Below, piece by piece: positions 1 to 9,490 of a stretch of DNA of 64,000 nucleotides. The stretch is taken from the IMG/VR virus record IMGVR_UViG_3300028864_000014, positions 62,001 through 126,000 of that record; one strand, given 5' to 3'. The notes beneath the pieces are model-generated. The model ran no database searches and was not told where the DNA came from. It saw only the letters and a list, made by a program, of their open reading frames with translations. A program made the position numbers and the translations under genes. Numbering within the stretch: position 1 is the stretch's first letter; every line of letters starts with the position of its first letter.

Positions 1-2
1 TT

Positions 3-236
3 AAAAATAATAGTGGTAAAATAGTAGCATCAAAAAAATCAGGAGTTGGTGTTACTTATATGATAAAGTATAATAATATACCTGAGTATTTAAAAAAATA
101 TTTTGTTAGTTTTAACTTTACAAATGACGCAGAACATAAATATATGAGAGCAATAAAAAGACATAACACAATTGAATTCATAGGATCAAAAGAAGAATGT
201 GAAATTAAAATATCAACAAAAAAATATAATTTATAA
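3..236 (+). CDS. 5'-truncated small protein ending in STKKYNL; paralog of 22797..23144
   Basis: Frame 3 is open from the window edge to TAA 234-236 (KNNSGKIVAS...MIKYNNIPEYLKKYF...STKKYNL). It is not in the ORF track. The stop overlaps the next ATG. Confidence 0.75.
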   Translation, partial: KNNSGKIVASKKSGVGVTYMIKYNNIPEYLKKYFVSFNFTNDAEHKYMRAIKRHNTIEFIGSKEECEIKISTKKYNL

Positions 237-679
237 TGATAATACATTTCAAGGAATTTATAACAGAAGGATTTTTAAATATATTCAATAAAAAAAAAGA
301 ATCTATTGAAAATGATAATGAGAAAATTCTCAGAATGATTTATGATAAAGAGCCAGAACTACAAAAGTATAAATTTGAAGTAGATTCTTGGAATAGAAGA
401 GGAGATTTATTACCAAGAGAAAAAAGAAATGATGAAATAATAACCAACCTAAATGGAATTGATGTTATTTTTGATACAGTAACAAAAATTTACGAAATTT
501 CTATTGCGCCTAGATACGATTTTGATTTTTCTCTTAGAATACTCAATTTAATTGATGAAAATTATGACACACTTTCTCATAATTTATACAAATCTAGTAT
601 ATCAACAAAATCAATATTATTCACAGAAATGAGTGAAGAAAGAAAATTTGAATTAGACACAAAAAAATATAATCTATAA
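236..679 (+). CDS. hypothetical protein with CTS-like N-terminus and KYNL C-terminus (candidate internal head protein)
   Basis: Starts MIIHFKEFITE and ends DTKKYNL. Confidence 0.7.
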   Translation: MIIHFKEFITEGFLNIFNKKKESIENDNEKILRMIYDKEPELQKYKFEVDSWNRRGDLLPREKRNDEIITNLNGIDVIFDTVTKIYEISIAPRYDFDFSLRILNLIDENYDTLSHNLYKSSISTKSILFTEMSEERKFELDTKKYNL

Positions 680-680
680 G

Positions 681-1073
681 ATGAAAAAATTTGATGAATT
701 TATAAAAGAAGATGCATTTGCAACTATGGGAAACACAGGAGGAATGGGTGCTATTGTAGCTGCTCAACCAGGAAGTATTCCAGGATCTCAAGGAACTACT
801 GGTTCTGGTGATATTAGTCAGCCTCTTGCTACATATTCTAAACCCGTAGTAAATTTAAAAAGACATAAAAAATCTAAGAAAAATAAAATGAGAAAAGTAG
901 AATCATTTGATATTTTCATGAAAGAAGAAAATGAGATAATAGACAATTTCACTGCAAGATATTATGATAATTATGATGATGAAGAAGAACCAAGTTATGA
1001 AGTAAATATTCAAGATATTGAAGAAAATAATATTAAAAAAATTCAAATGTACGAAAAAGATGAAAATAAATAA
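681..1073 (+). CDS. hypothetical protein with CTS-like N-terminus and possible internal start at 888
   Basis: Starts MKKFDEFIKE, has a Gly-rich linker, and carries a second motif MRKVESFDIFMKE at ATG 888. Confidence 0.7.
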   Translation: MKKFDEFIKEDAFATMGNTGGMGAIVAAQPGSIPGSQGTTGSGDISQPLATYSKPVVNLKRHKKSKKNKMRKVESFDIFMKEENEIIDNFTARYYDNYDDEEEPSYEVNIQDIEENNIKKIQMYEKDENK

Positions 1074-1356
1074 ATTTAGCCAACTAAATGAATCTAATGA
1101 AATACCATATAATAAATCATTAGGATATGATATGTCAATGATAGATTATCTAGCCAAAAGTTTTCAATTATGGACAGATGCATAAGATTTATCACCAAAA
1201 TCCGCTGATGAATATAGCATAGATGAATTAACAGATGTTCAGTATGATTATATAAAAAAATTCATAATTTTATGGGATTCAACTGAAGAATTTGAGAGAG
1301 ATTATAATATAAATGGAATTAAATTAGAACAAAAAGCAAAAAAATTTAATATATAA
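1060..1356 (+). pseudogene. CTS-like/KFNI-tagged small ORF interrupted by an in-frame TAA at 1183-1185
   Basis: Hand translation: MKINKFSQLNE...LWTDA*DLSPK...EQKAKKFNI*. Both terminal family motifs are in one frame. Confidence 0.7.
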
Positions 1357-1367
1357 AATAAGAAATA

Positions 1368-1913
1368 ATGGATAGTATAAGATCAAAATATCAGAAATAT
1401 GGAGTTAAAAATTTCTATGAATGGAATTTTGATCAATATAATAATCCGCATGAGCCAATAATACAAAAATCAATAAAATTTGTAAATGATAATTGGAATA
1501 TAAATTTCAACAAATCATTAGATTTGGCTGCAGGTAAAGGAGAAATTTCTAAAACATTAATAAATCTTGGATATAAAAACATTGATGCTTGTGATGCATA
1601 TTCATGTGATTACTACAAAACAAACGACAACACAAAATGTGAAAAAATATCATTTGATGATATCATAAACGGTTCATTAGATAATAAAAAATATAATATC
1701 ATAATTTGCAGTTTTGCACTACACTTATTAGAGCAATCAAAATTACCAACATTTCTATATAAATTAACTCAAATTAGTAACCAATTACTAATATTATCAC
1801 CTCACAAAAGACCAGAAATAAGAGAAGAATGGGGCTGGAAACTTCAAAATGAAATAGTTATAGAAAAAGTCAGAACTAGACTATTTGATAATATTTTTTC
1901 TAAACAATCTTAA
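1368..1913 (+). CDS. class I SAM-dependent methyltransferase
   Basis: Motif I LDLAAGKG, acidic DACD after strand 2, and an IICSFALHL post-motif. Confidence 0.8.
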   Translation: MDSIRSKYQKYGVKNFYEWNFDQYNNPHEPIIQKSIKFVNDNWNINFNKSLDLAAGKGEISKTLINLGYKNIDACDAYSCDYYKTNDNTKCEKISFDDIINGSLDNKKYNIIICSFALHLLEQSKLPTFLYKLTQISNQLLILSPHKRPEIREEWGWKLQNEIVIEKVRTRLFDNIFSKQS

Positions 1914-1953
1914 TAATTTTTTATATAACATTATAAAATAAAATTATAAAATA

Positions 1954-2961
1954 ATGGACTATAAAAAGGATTATTATAAAGAATTAGGATTAAATAAAGA
2001 TTCATCTGAGGAAGAAATAAAAAAGAAATATCGAAAGCTTGCAATAAAATATCATCCTGACAAAAATCAAGGAGATAAAGAAAGCGAGGAAAAATTCAAA
2101 TCAGTATCAGAAGCTTACGAAGTATTATCTGATAATTCAAAAAAACAAGAATATGACACGCGTAGTCCAAATGGAAATTCATTTTCACAATTTGGTGGGC
2201 AAGAATCAAGTTTTTTTGGAGGAGGCATGAATTCTAGTTTTTTCAATCAATTCTTTGGTGGAAATAGTCCATTTGGAAATTTTTCCGGTAAAGAAGAATT
2301 TTCTGAAAACTTAGACATAAACATAAATGTAGATATAGATTTTAAACAGATATATAAAAATGATAAAATTAAAGTAAAATACAACAAATTAATTAGTTGT
2401 GATGACTGCAAAGGTACTGGATTTGATAAATCTGGACATTCAGATGATTGTGATGTATGTGATGGTACAGGAATAAATAATGGAAGAGATTGTGAGTACT
2501 GTCAAGGTACTGGAAAAATTCATAGTGATAAATGCAAAAAATGTAATGGGGAAAAAGTAATATTAAAAGAAACTGAAATAGAATTACAAAACATATCGGA
2601 AATTAGATCCTCCAATAGAAATTTGCAATATGGTTATGGTAGTCAATCAAAATACTATAAAGATAGAGTAGGAAGCTTAATTTTAAATATAAATATTATA
2701 AATAGAAGTAAATGCAGCATAATAAATAATTATGATTTAATTTCAGAATTAGATATACATTTTCAAGATGCCATTGATGGAAGCAAAATATATTATACTC
2801 ATGTTGATGATACTAAATTAGAAATTAAATTACCTAATAAAACCAAGGACAAAGATACAATAAAAATAAAAGAAAAAGGTTTATTAAGACAGAATGGCAA
2901 AAGAGCAGATTTATATCTGAAATTAAATATTGTCATAGACTATGACAAATTAAATATATAA
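1954..2961 (+). CDS. dnaJ: DnaJ chaperone (J-domain, G/F region, Zn finger)
   Basis: KDYYKELG...YHPDKN J-domain, a G/F-rich segment, and [30 protein letters not shown] repeats. Confidence 0.95.
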   Translation: MDYKKDYYKELGLNKDSSEEEIKKKYRKLAIKYHPDKNQGDKESEEKFKSVSEAYEVLSDNSKKQEYDTRSPNGNSFSQFGGQESSFFGGGMNSSFFNQFFGGNSPFGNFSGKEEFSENLDININVDIDFKQIYKNDKIKVKYNKLISCDDCKGTGFDKSGHSDDCDVCDGTGINNGRDCEYCQGTGKIHSDKCKKCNGEKVILKETEIELQNISEIRSSNRNLQYGYGSQSKYYKDRVGSLILNINIINRSKCSIINNYDLISELDIHFQDAIDGSKIYYTHVDDTKLEIKLPNKTKDKDTIKIKEKGLLRQNGKRADLYLKLNIVIDYDKLNI

Positions 2962-2982
2962 TAAAAATAAAAATAAAATGAT

Positions 2983-3267
2983 ATGAAAAGAAACGATTTT
3001 GATGTTGCTGCAGGATTAATATATAGAATTGATAAACTTGAAAAAACCATTTTCGAATTACAATCAATAACAAAGTGTGATAAATTTAAAATAACAGGAC
3101 AAAGTTCTGATAAATTATTCAACATAAGTGAAGTTGAACTAAATACAGGTGACATTTCAACTGAAGTATTCTCTCAAGATATTCTTGAATATTTCATAAA
3201 TACACTAAATTTGGAATTAAATGAATTAAGAGAAAATTTTGATAAATTATTTTCAAAGGAAGACTAA
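2983..3267 (+). CDS. hypothetical protein
   Basis: 94 aa ORF co-oriented with dnaJ. Confidence 0.65.
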   Translation: MKRNDFDVAAGLIYRIDKLEKTIFELQSITKCDKFKITGQSSDKLFNISEVELNTGDISTEVFSQDILEYFINTLNLELNELRENFDKLFSKED

Positions 3268-3297
3268 TAAATTTAAAATATTTATATAAAAAGAAAG

Positions 3298-3801
3298 TCA
3301 ATCATAAGATTGACTTTCTTTTTCATTATCAAATATTTCTTGTAATTTAAGTTTACGTACAATTCTTTTAGATTCTGATAAAATTTCATCTTTTGATTTA
3401 TAACAAATAATATTATTCAAATCAATATACAATCTATCACTACATATTGAAGTTCTATAATATCTATACGTATCCATAGGAATATAGTCATCATAATATA
3501 TAGGTCTGCGTATTAAATATTTAAGATCATTATCAAGTAAGTATTTAAAATTATGCTGTACCTTTTTTAATATTTCAGAATAAACATCATTCCAATTTTC
3601 ACCAATTTTAGAATCCAAAAAATCAGACAAAGGTTTATTGTCATAATGATGACAATGATAATTGTCTCCATATTTTTTCATTGATTCATGATAAGGTAAA
3701 TCTGAAAACAAATCAATATCATTATTTCTTTTTGTTTTAACATATTGATATTGTCGTCTTGAAAAATTAGATCTTCTATATAAAAATTTATTTTTAAGCA
3801 T
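3298..3801 (-). CDS. hypothetical protein with RxxKL-type tag
   Basis: 167 aa ORF with IVRKLKLQEI near the C-terminus. Confidence 0.7.
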   Translation of the reverse strand: MLKNKFLYRRSNFSRRQYQYVKTKRNNDIDLFSDLPYHESMKKYGDNYHCHHYDNKPLSDFLDSKIGENWNDVYSEILKKVQHNFKYLLDNDLKYLIRRPIYYDDYIPMDTYRYYRTSICSDRLYIDLNNIICYKSKDEILSESKRIVRKLKLQEIFDNEKESQSYD

Positions 3802-3821
3802 AATTAGAAGTCATTAATTTT

Positions 3822-4268
3822 TTATGACTCCTTAATAAGATCTCTATATTTTGCAGCGGTTTCGTAATCTTCTACATTAACACAATCCAGCATTTTCTCA
3901 TTAAGAATTCCTTGTTGTATTCCACGTATTTCAGGATCATCATATTTATAATTTTCTATCAAATCTTGAAATATATTAAAATATTTTTCTGTTTCACGAA
4001 TAACATCTTCTTTTTTAAGATTAGCAACTTTAAACATATCTATCATATCAATATGTTCATTTACCTTTTTCATTTTATTATAAACACCATAAGCATCTAG
4101 CATAAGCTCATCAATATGTAAAACATTAGAATCCACTAAAACACTATCTATTGATATAGATTTATCAAGCAACATTTGATGATTAAATTTTTTGTGCTCA
4201 AATAAATAAAATGTTTGAACCCAAAAAATAAGGGTTCTGATGTCGTTAACATTAATCTTTGTTTTCAT
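3822..4268 (-). CDS. protein with C-terminal UVR (UvrB/UvrC-type) coiled-coil motif
   Basis: C-terminal EKMLDCVNVEDYETAAKYRDLIKE fits the UVR pattern (M..AV..EdYE.AA.lRD.I). Confidence 0.75.
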   Translation of the reverse strand: MKTKINVNDIRTLIFWVQTFYLFEHKKFNHQMLLDKSISIDSVLVDSNVLHIDELMLDAYGVYNKMKKVNEHIDMIDMFKVANLKKEDVIRETEKYFNIFQDLIENYKYDDPEIRGIQQGILNEKMLDCVNVEDYETAAKYRDLIKES

Positions 4269-4281
4269 AATTTCAATATAA

Positions 4282-4674
4282 TTATTTAAATTGTTTTATT
4301 TTTTCTTTTTCAATAATCTCATCAATAATAATCAAATCACTAAGAGATAAACTATTAAGAATATTATTAAAATCATCTAAATTTAGTGATTTTATTTTTT
4401 CTATTAATTCTTCAATAAATGGAATTTTTTCTAATCGTTCAAGTTTATCCGCTCTTTCTTTTTTTATATCTGGACCTGGTTTCAATTTACCTGATTTGTA
4501 TAAATCTATCAAATCTTTACTTTCTTTCAATCCTAATTTAGAATATTCTTTCATCATTTTAACAGACATAATATATTCAGTTCCTGAAATGTATGCTTCA
4601 AATTCAGATTTGTGATCAAATAAAATTTTTGCGCCTAATATTAAATGATCTGCATTAATAATTACTGAATTCAT
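4282..4674 (-). CDS. ribosomal protein bL12 C-terminal-domain-like protein
   Basis: MSVKMMKEYSKLGLKESKDLID resembles the bL12 signature I.VIK.VRE.tgLGLKEAKdLV. Confidence 0.6.
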   Translation of the reverse strand: MNSVIINADHLILGAKILFDHKSEFEAYISGTEYIMSVKMMKEYSKLGLKESKDLIDLYKSGKLKPGPDIKKERADKLERLEKIPFIEELIEKIKSLNLDDFNNILNSLSLSDLIIIDEIIEKEKIKQFK

Positions 4675-4715
4675 AATGAAATATTTTATTTAAAATTATA
4701 CATCTATTTATGCAG

Positions 4716-4746
4716 CAAAGATAATACAATATTTTTAAATAACAAA
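4716..4746 (-). promoter_or_regulatory. Bacteroidota sigmaA-type promoter (-33 TTTG / -7 TATCTTTG)
   Basis: Minus strand TATCTTTG at 4723-4716 with TTTG at 4746-4743 (19 nt spacing), upstream of 4674. Confidence 0.75.
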
Positions 4747-4748
4747 AA

Positions 4749-5060
4749 CTAATTGAATATTTTTTTCAATTTCTTTTTTCTTAGCATTTTTATTCCACCA
4801 ATAATCTCTACATTATCAAACTTAAATTCTTCACGTTCATTTTTTTTAGAAACATACAAAGTACTATACATTACTAACAAAAAGTATTGTTCTTTGAAAA
4901 GTGGATGGTCTTTTTTTATTTTATTTTTCAATTGAAATGTTTTCAATTGAAATAAATATGTAATAAAAGCATCACTTTTTGAAGATAACTCAATAGGATT
5001 TTTATTTTTTATATGAAAATCAATATCCTTAATGAAATCATATAATTGATAATTTGACAT
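4749..5060 (-). CDS. hypothetical protein with RxxKL-type C-terminal tag
   Basis: Ends MLRKKKLKKIFN. Confidence 0.7.
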   Translation of the reverse strand: MSNYQLYDFIKDIDFHIKNKNPIELSSKSDAFITYLFQLKTFQLKNKIKKDHPLFKEQYFLLVMYSTLYVSKKNEREEFKFDNVEIIGGIKMLRKKKLKKIFN

Positions 5061-5065
5061 AATTT

Positions 5066-6268
5066 TTAATCTAAATAAATAGTAGGAACAGATGATAAAT
5101 AATACAGATTTAAATTTTGATTAATTAATATAGCATCTGATGGCTGATAGCCTAATTCTCCATCATTAAATACAACATCATTAAATAATCCACAAATAAA
5201 CAATCCATTGTTAATTGTTCCTCCTGACCAAAATCCATTCCACCAAGTTCCATTATTGAATGTTCCATTTTCCCATATTCCTTCTAACCAAGTTCCATTA
5301 TTAAATGTACCATTTAAATGAGTACCTCCATACCAAGTACCATTATTCCATGTTCCTCCTGACCAAATAGTTCTATTATGATTATCTGACAATGATGTTA
5401 AACCTGATTGAATATTCAATCCTGAATGAAATTCTCCTTGATAAAATATACCATCATGCCAAATAACAGAAGGGAAAGCCAATTCTGTTGTACCAGACAC
5501 AGGCCATGAACCAAATCTACTTCTAACATTAATATCTGTTTGATTAAATTCACCATTCCACCAATGACTAGCAGAAGAGCCCAATGATTGAACAACTTCA
5601 GTATTACCAATAAAATCTCCTCCATTAAATTTTCCATTCCACCATTCATACCCTTGAAATGTTCCATTTAAAAATGTTCCATTAACCCACTCACTATTAT
5701 AAAATATACCATCTTTAAATATACTATCATTAACATAATAGCTCAACCAAACAGCATTTCTAAAAATACCATTATTAAATATACCAGTTTCCCATCTAGT
5801 ATGATAATAAATAATCTCACTATTTAACATTTGATCCCAAGTATCAACGTCTTTATCAGTACCTTGATCAATTCCTGGTCCGAAATATCCATTAAAAAAT
5901 TCGCCTCTTCTCCAAATACCACGTCTAAATTGTGAATATATTGGATTATTTTTTTCTATAATTCTTATATTTCTTTGTAATAATTGATTAGTATCAAAGC
6001 GATAAGAATAGAATTTTCCATTTTTCCATTCACCATCTTCCCATATTCCAGAATACCAAGTACCATCTTCCCATTCTCCTGCTTTCCAAGTACCTGAATA
6101 CCAAACCAATCCATAATCATCCTGTCCTATTATTGCATTCTCAATAATTGCATTTAATAACCAAATATATTTTCTTTTGATAATATCTGGTGTTAATCCA
6201 TCAATCATAACACAATTTAATAATGCATCAGAATAATTGGTTATATTATAAATTTTTGTTGTTGCCAT
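5066..6268 (-). CDS. (W/F)xxGx pentapeptide-repeat protein, probable beta-solenoid virion protein
   Basis: Many repeats such as WYSGTWKAGEWEDGTW and FNNGTWLEGIWENGTF; preceded by a TTTTTTTATATATAG motif. Confidence 0.7.
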   Translation of the reverse strand: MATTKIYNITNYSDALLNCVMIDGLTPDIIKRKYIWLLNAIIENAIIGQDDYGLVWYSGTWKAGEWEDGTWYSGIWEDGEWKNGKFYSYRFDTNQLLQRNIRIIEKNNPIYSQFRRGIWRRGEFFNGYFGPGIDQGTDKDVDTWDQMLNSEIIYYHTRWETGIFNNGIFRNAVWLSYYVNDSIFKDGIFYNSEWVNGTFLNGTFQGYEWWNGKFNGGDFIGNTEVVQSLGSSASHWWNGEFNQTDINVRSRFGSWPVSGTTELAFPSVIWHDGIFYQGEFHSGLNIQSGLTSLSDNHNRTIWSGGTWNNGTWYGGTHLNGTFNNGTWLEGIWENGTFNNGTWWNGFWSGGTINNGLFICGLFNDVVFNDGELGYQPSDAILINQNLNLYYLSSVPTIYLD

Positions 6269-6274
6269 ATTAAC

Positions 6275-6289
6275 CTATATATAAAAAAA
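6275..6289 (-). promoter_or_regulatory. candidate phage late promoter T(n)ATATATA
   Basis: TTTTTTTATATATAG 6 nt upstream of ATG 6268; the same motif precedes many structural and CTS-like genes. Confidence 0.55.
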
Positions 6290-6353
6290 CTTCATTTAAA
6301 ATAAAACATATAAAAAAATAATGACTAAAAAATAAAAATTAAATTGAATTAAT

Positions 6354-6710
6354 ATGGATATGAAAAAAACAATATTTCTTGATATTGATGGTACATTATT
6401 TAAACACAAAGGTAATTTATCAAATATACTATTTGAAGAGTCTGAAATTTTACCAGGAGTTATTGAAAAAATAAATAAATGGAATTCAGATGGACACAAA
6501 ATAATATTAACTACTGGAAGAACAGAATCTATGAGAAAAAGAACAGATGAACAATTACAAAAAAATGGAATATTTTATGATCAATTAATAATGGGATTAA
6601 CAAGAGGAGAAAGAATAATTATAAATGACAAGAAGCCAGACAATGACATGATTACTGCATCTGCTGTTGAAATAAATAGAAATGTAGGCTTAATAAATAT
6701 TAATATTTGA
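6354..6710 (+). CDS. HAD-superfamily phosphatase-like protein
   Basis: IFLDIDGTL motif I, LTTGR motif II, and YDQLIMG...INDK. Confidence 0.8.
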   Translation: MDMKKTIFLDIDGTLFKHKGNLSNILFEESEILPGVIEKINKWNSDGHKIILTTGRTESMRKRTDEQLQKNGIFYDQLIMGLTRGERIIINDKKPDNDMITASAVEINRNVGLININI

Positions 6711-6766
6711 TTTATATCAATGTAATTAAAATATTTTATATTACATTTACAAAAAATTAATGAATT

Positions 6767-7051
6767 ATGAAATTTTTTAGTATATTCAAAAAGAAAAAAG
6801 AAGAAGATAAAAAAGAAAAAAAGAAAAAATTCATACTTGATGACTCATCAAATATTGAAAAATTCAATTATTGGTTTTGTCATGAATATGAAGGTTATGA
6901 CGGAAGAAAAGGTGCAATTGGAATATTCAAAAGACTAGATAAACTATCACCTAACATGATAGAAGATTGGTTTAAACATTTGAATGTTTATTATGAATTC
7001 ACAGATATATCCAGAATGATAGATTTAATTAGATTAAATTGGAGAAATTAA
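6767..7051 (+). CDS. hypothetical protein
   Basis: 94 aa ORF followed by a terminator hairpin. Confidence 0.6.
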   Translation: MKFFSIFKKKKEEDKKEKKKKFILDDSSNIEKFNYWFCHEYEGYDGRKGAIGIFKRLDKLSPNMIEDWFKHLNVYYEFTDISRMIDLIRLNWRN

Positions 7052-7087
7052 AATAAAACCAAAACTTAATTGTTTTGGTTTTATTTT
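7050..7087. terminator. bidirectional intrinsic terminator
   Basis: AAAATAAAACCAAAAC-TTAATT-GTTTTGGTTTTATTTT between convergent genes. Confidence 0.75.
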
Positions 7088-7088
7088 A

Positions 7089-9434
7089 TTAGGCTATTGC
7101 ATCTACTATCGTGGTTGCATCAAATACTAATTTATTAACTCCTGTTGAACTAACAAATAAAATTTTTGTGTATGTAAGATAAACATAAGTTGATATTGTA
7201 AAATTAGAATGTGAAAAATTATTATTAACCTGATTTGACTGAAAATTACTACCAATAACATTAAACATAAAGTTACATCCGATATTATTTCCAGTAAAAT
7301 TATTTCCAACAGTATTTTGTGTATATTCATTTCCTATTATATTAACACTAAAATCACTTCCGATTACATTAGTAACAAAATTGTCTTCTATTGAGTTAGC
7401 TTGAAAATTCGAAATAATGTTATTATTACTGAAATTGGTTCCAATTCTATTACCTGCAAAATTGTCACCTGATATGATATTAATTTGAAATCTATCACCA
7501 ACAATATTAGACGTAAAATTATTATCTATAGTATTCTGATAAAATCCATTACCAATATCATTTGAATCAAATCCAGATTTAATATTATTCTGATAAAATC
7601 CATTTTTAATTGAATTAGAATTAAAAAGATTTGTGATTATATTATATCGAAAATTATACCCAATAATATTAATTTTAAAATTGTCACCAATTTTATTATA
7701 TTGAAAATTATCACAAACAATATTATTAATAAAATTAATACCAATAATATTATGATGATGCAGATTATTCATTATATTATATTGAAAATTAGACTTAATA
7801 ATATTGTTAAAAAATTGAATTTTAATATTATTATACATAAATGTTGCTCCAATTGAATTAGTATAAAAAGAATATTTTATCACATTAAGTACAAAATTCT
7901 TTGAAATTATATTTTTTGAAAAATTTTGTCCAATTGAATTTTGACTAAATCCATAACCAATTGAATTACCTTCATTAATATTTCCGTTATAATAACCAAA
8001 ATAATTACCAATTGAATTATTATTAAAATTGGATCCAATTGAGTTGTGCATAAACCCACTTCCAATTGAGTTATTATAAAAACTTTCACCAATTGAGTTA
8101 TTAGTAAAATTAAATCCTATCGTGTTACCATAAAATATATTTCCAAAAATAACACTAGTACAATTATTAAGAATATTATTATATCCATTATAAGATCCTA
8201 TATGATTATTATAAATATTACTAGTATATGACACAAACATAGCATAGTCTGAATATAATGTTGTACAAGGTATATTTGAGTTTATGTTATTATAATTAAT
8301 TGCAGTTGTACTCACATAACTTAAATTATTCCATTCAAATAATTTCCAAACATTGTCATTATCAGAAGATGGATTAATTCCAGTCACTCCACTATTTAAA
8401 CAAACATAAATAGTTACTCCACTATATAAAACTACATCATTATTGTTATATGTAGTTGAAGGATCCCAAATATTAGTAACATTTATTTGCCATCTACGAA
8501 ACTTAACATTTCTAAAATCAAAAGGAATATTATTATTCTGAAGAGTATCAATTCTTCTATAAATATAACCCTTTGTACAACCAGGTACAATTGCTTGATC
8601 ACTTACTGAATTATAATAAATTATATCTTTAGGATATAAAACTGAATAAGCTTCAGGTTTTAATGTGTTTGAGCTACTTGCAGTTACTAATAAAGGTTCT
8701 GTTATTCCACTATTGATATCAGAAGTACCTACAATAGTATGAACTGTCTGATAATCTGTAATCGAATAAGTTCTATTAATATTTAATCCATTAGAAAGGA
8801 TCAAAGCTCTCAAATCTGCATATAATATATTAGTGACACCTGATGTAGTATTTATTCCATTTATTCCATTTATTCCATTTATTCCTGATGTTCCATTTGT
8901 ACCACTCGCACCTGATGATCCATTAGTTCCATTTGATCCATTAGTTCCATTTATACCTGATGTACCAGTTTGACCATTTATACCTGATGTACCAGTTTGA
9001 CCATTTATACCTGATGTACCTGATGACCCAGCTGGTCCAATTGGAATATTAGTATATGACAGCACTCCATCAACATCTGAAACTAATATTTTACCTACTC
9101 CATATCCAGGAGATAAACAAGTAATACCAGATTCAATATTTATATTTTTAGTGTGTAGAGTATCAGTATCTGAGTCAAAATATAAAGTATCAGTTGTTGT
9201 ACCAGAATCTTCAAAAAAATACATTTGTTTTATTGTATTTTCTCCTACTCTCATCCACACATTTTCATCCGTTTCATTAAGAAAAAACTCTCCGATATAA
9301 ATATCAGTTGTTCTCCATGATGGTAGCAATGTATGATCATCATGTGATCCTCCCAACGCTGGAATTGTTGCAACATCACCAGAAACAGTATTTCGTTTTA
9401 CAATAACTCTACTATATTTTTCAACTTTAGACAT
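7089..9434 (-). CDS. tail fibre-like protein (GxxG low-complexity stalk plus N-x-IG-x-NF beta-helix repeats)
   Basis: GSSGTSGINGQTG repeats, then a long run of NNxIGxNF repeats. Likely start is ATG 9434 (MSKVEK) rather than TTG 9476. Confidence 0.7.
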   Translation of the reverse strand: MSKVEKYSRVIVKRNTVSGDVATIPALGGSHDDHTLLPSWRTTDIYIGEFFLNETDENVWMRVGENTIKQMYFFEDSGTTTDTLYFDSDTDTLHTKNINIESGITCLSPGYGVGKILVSDVDGVLSYTNIPIGPAGSSGTSGINGQTGTSGINGQTGTSGINGTNGSNGTNGSSGASGTNGTSGINGINGINGINTTSGVTNILYADLRALILSNGLNINRTYSITDYQTVHTIVGTSDINSGITEPLLVTASSSNTLKPEAYSVLYPKDIIYYNSVSDQAIVPGCTKGYIYRRIDTLQNNNIPFDFRNVKFRRWQINVTNIWDPSTTYNNNDVVLYSGVTIYVCLNSGVTGINPSSDNDNVWKLFEWNNLSYVSTTAINYNNINSNIPCTTLYSDYAMFVSYTSNIYNNHIGSYNGYNNILNNCTSVIFGNIFYGNTIGFNFTNNSIGESFYNNSIGSGFMHNSIGSNFNNNSIGNYFGYYNGNINEGNSIGYGFSQNSIGQNFSKNIISKNFVLNVIKYSFYTNSIGATFMYNNIKIQFFNNIIKSNFQYNIMNNLHHHNIIGINFINNIVCDNFQYNKIGDNFKINIIGYNFRYNIITNLFNSNSIKNGFYQNNIKSGFDSNDIGNGFYQNTIDNNFTSNIVGDRFQINIISGDNFAGNRIGTNFSNNNIISNFQANSIEDNFVTNVIGSDFSVNIIGNEYTQNTVGNNFTGNNIGCNFMFNVIGSNFQSNQVNNNFSHSNFTISTYVYLTYTKILFVSSTGVNKLVFDATTIVDAIA
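8851..9020. repeat. in-frame tandem repeats (9, 18 and 27 bp units)
   Basis: TTTATTCCA about 4 copies (8851-8886), GATCCATTAGTTCCATTT x2 (8917-8952), CCATTTATACCTGATGTACCAGTTTGA about 2.7 copies (8947-9020). Confidence 0.9.
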
Positions 9435-9490
9435 TAATAATTTATTATTTTTATTATATATTATTTTATTAAACAAAAAATATACACTTT

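Noticed and set aside
1368-1913. DNA methyltransferase call
   Set aside because: No DPPY/NPPY or PC catalytic motif is visible, so the substrate is left unassigned.
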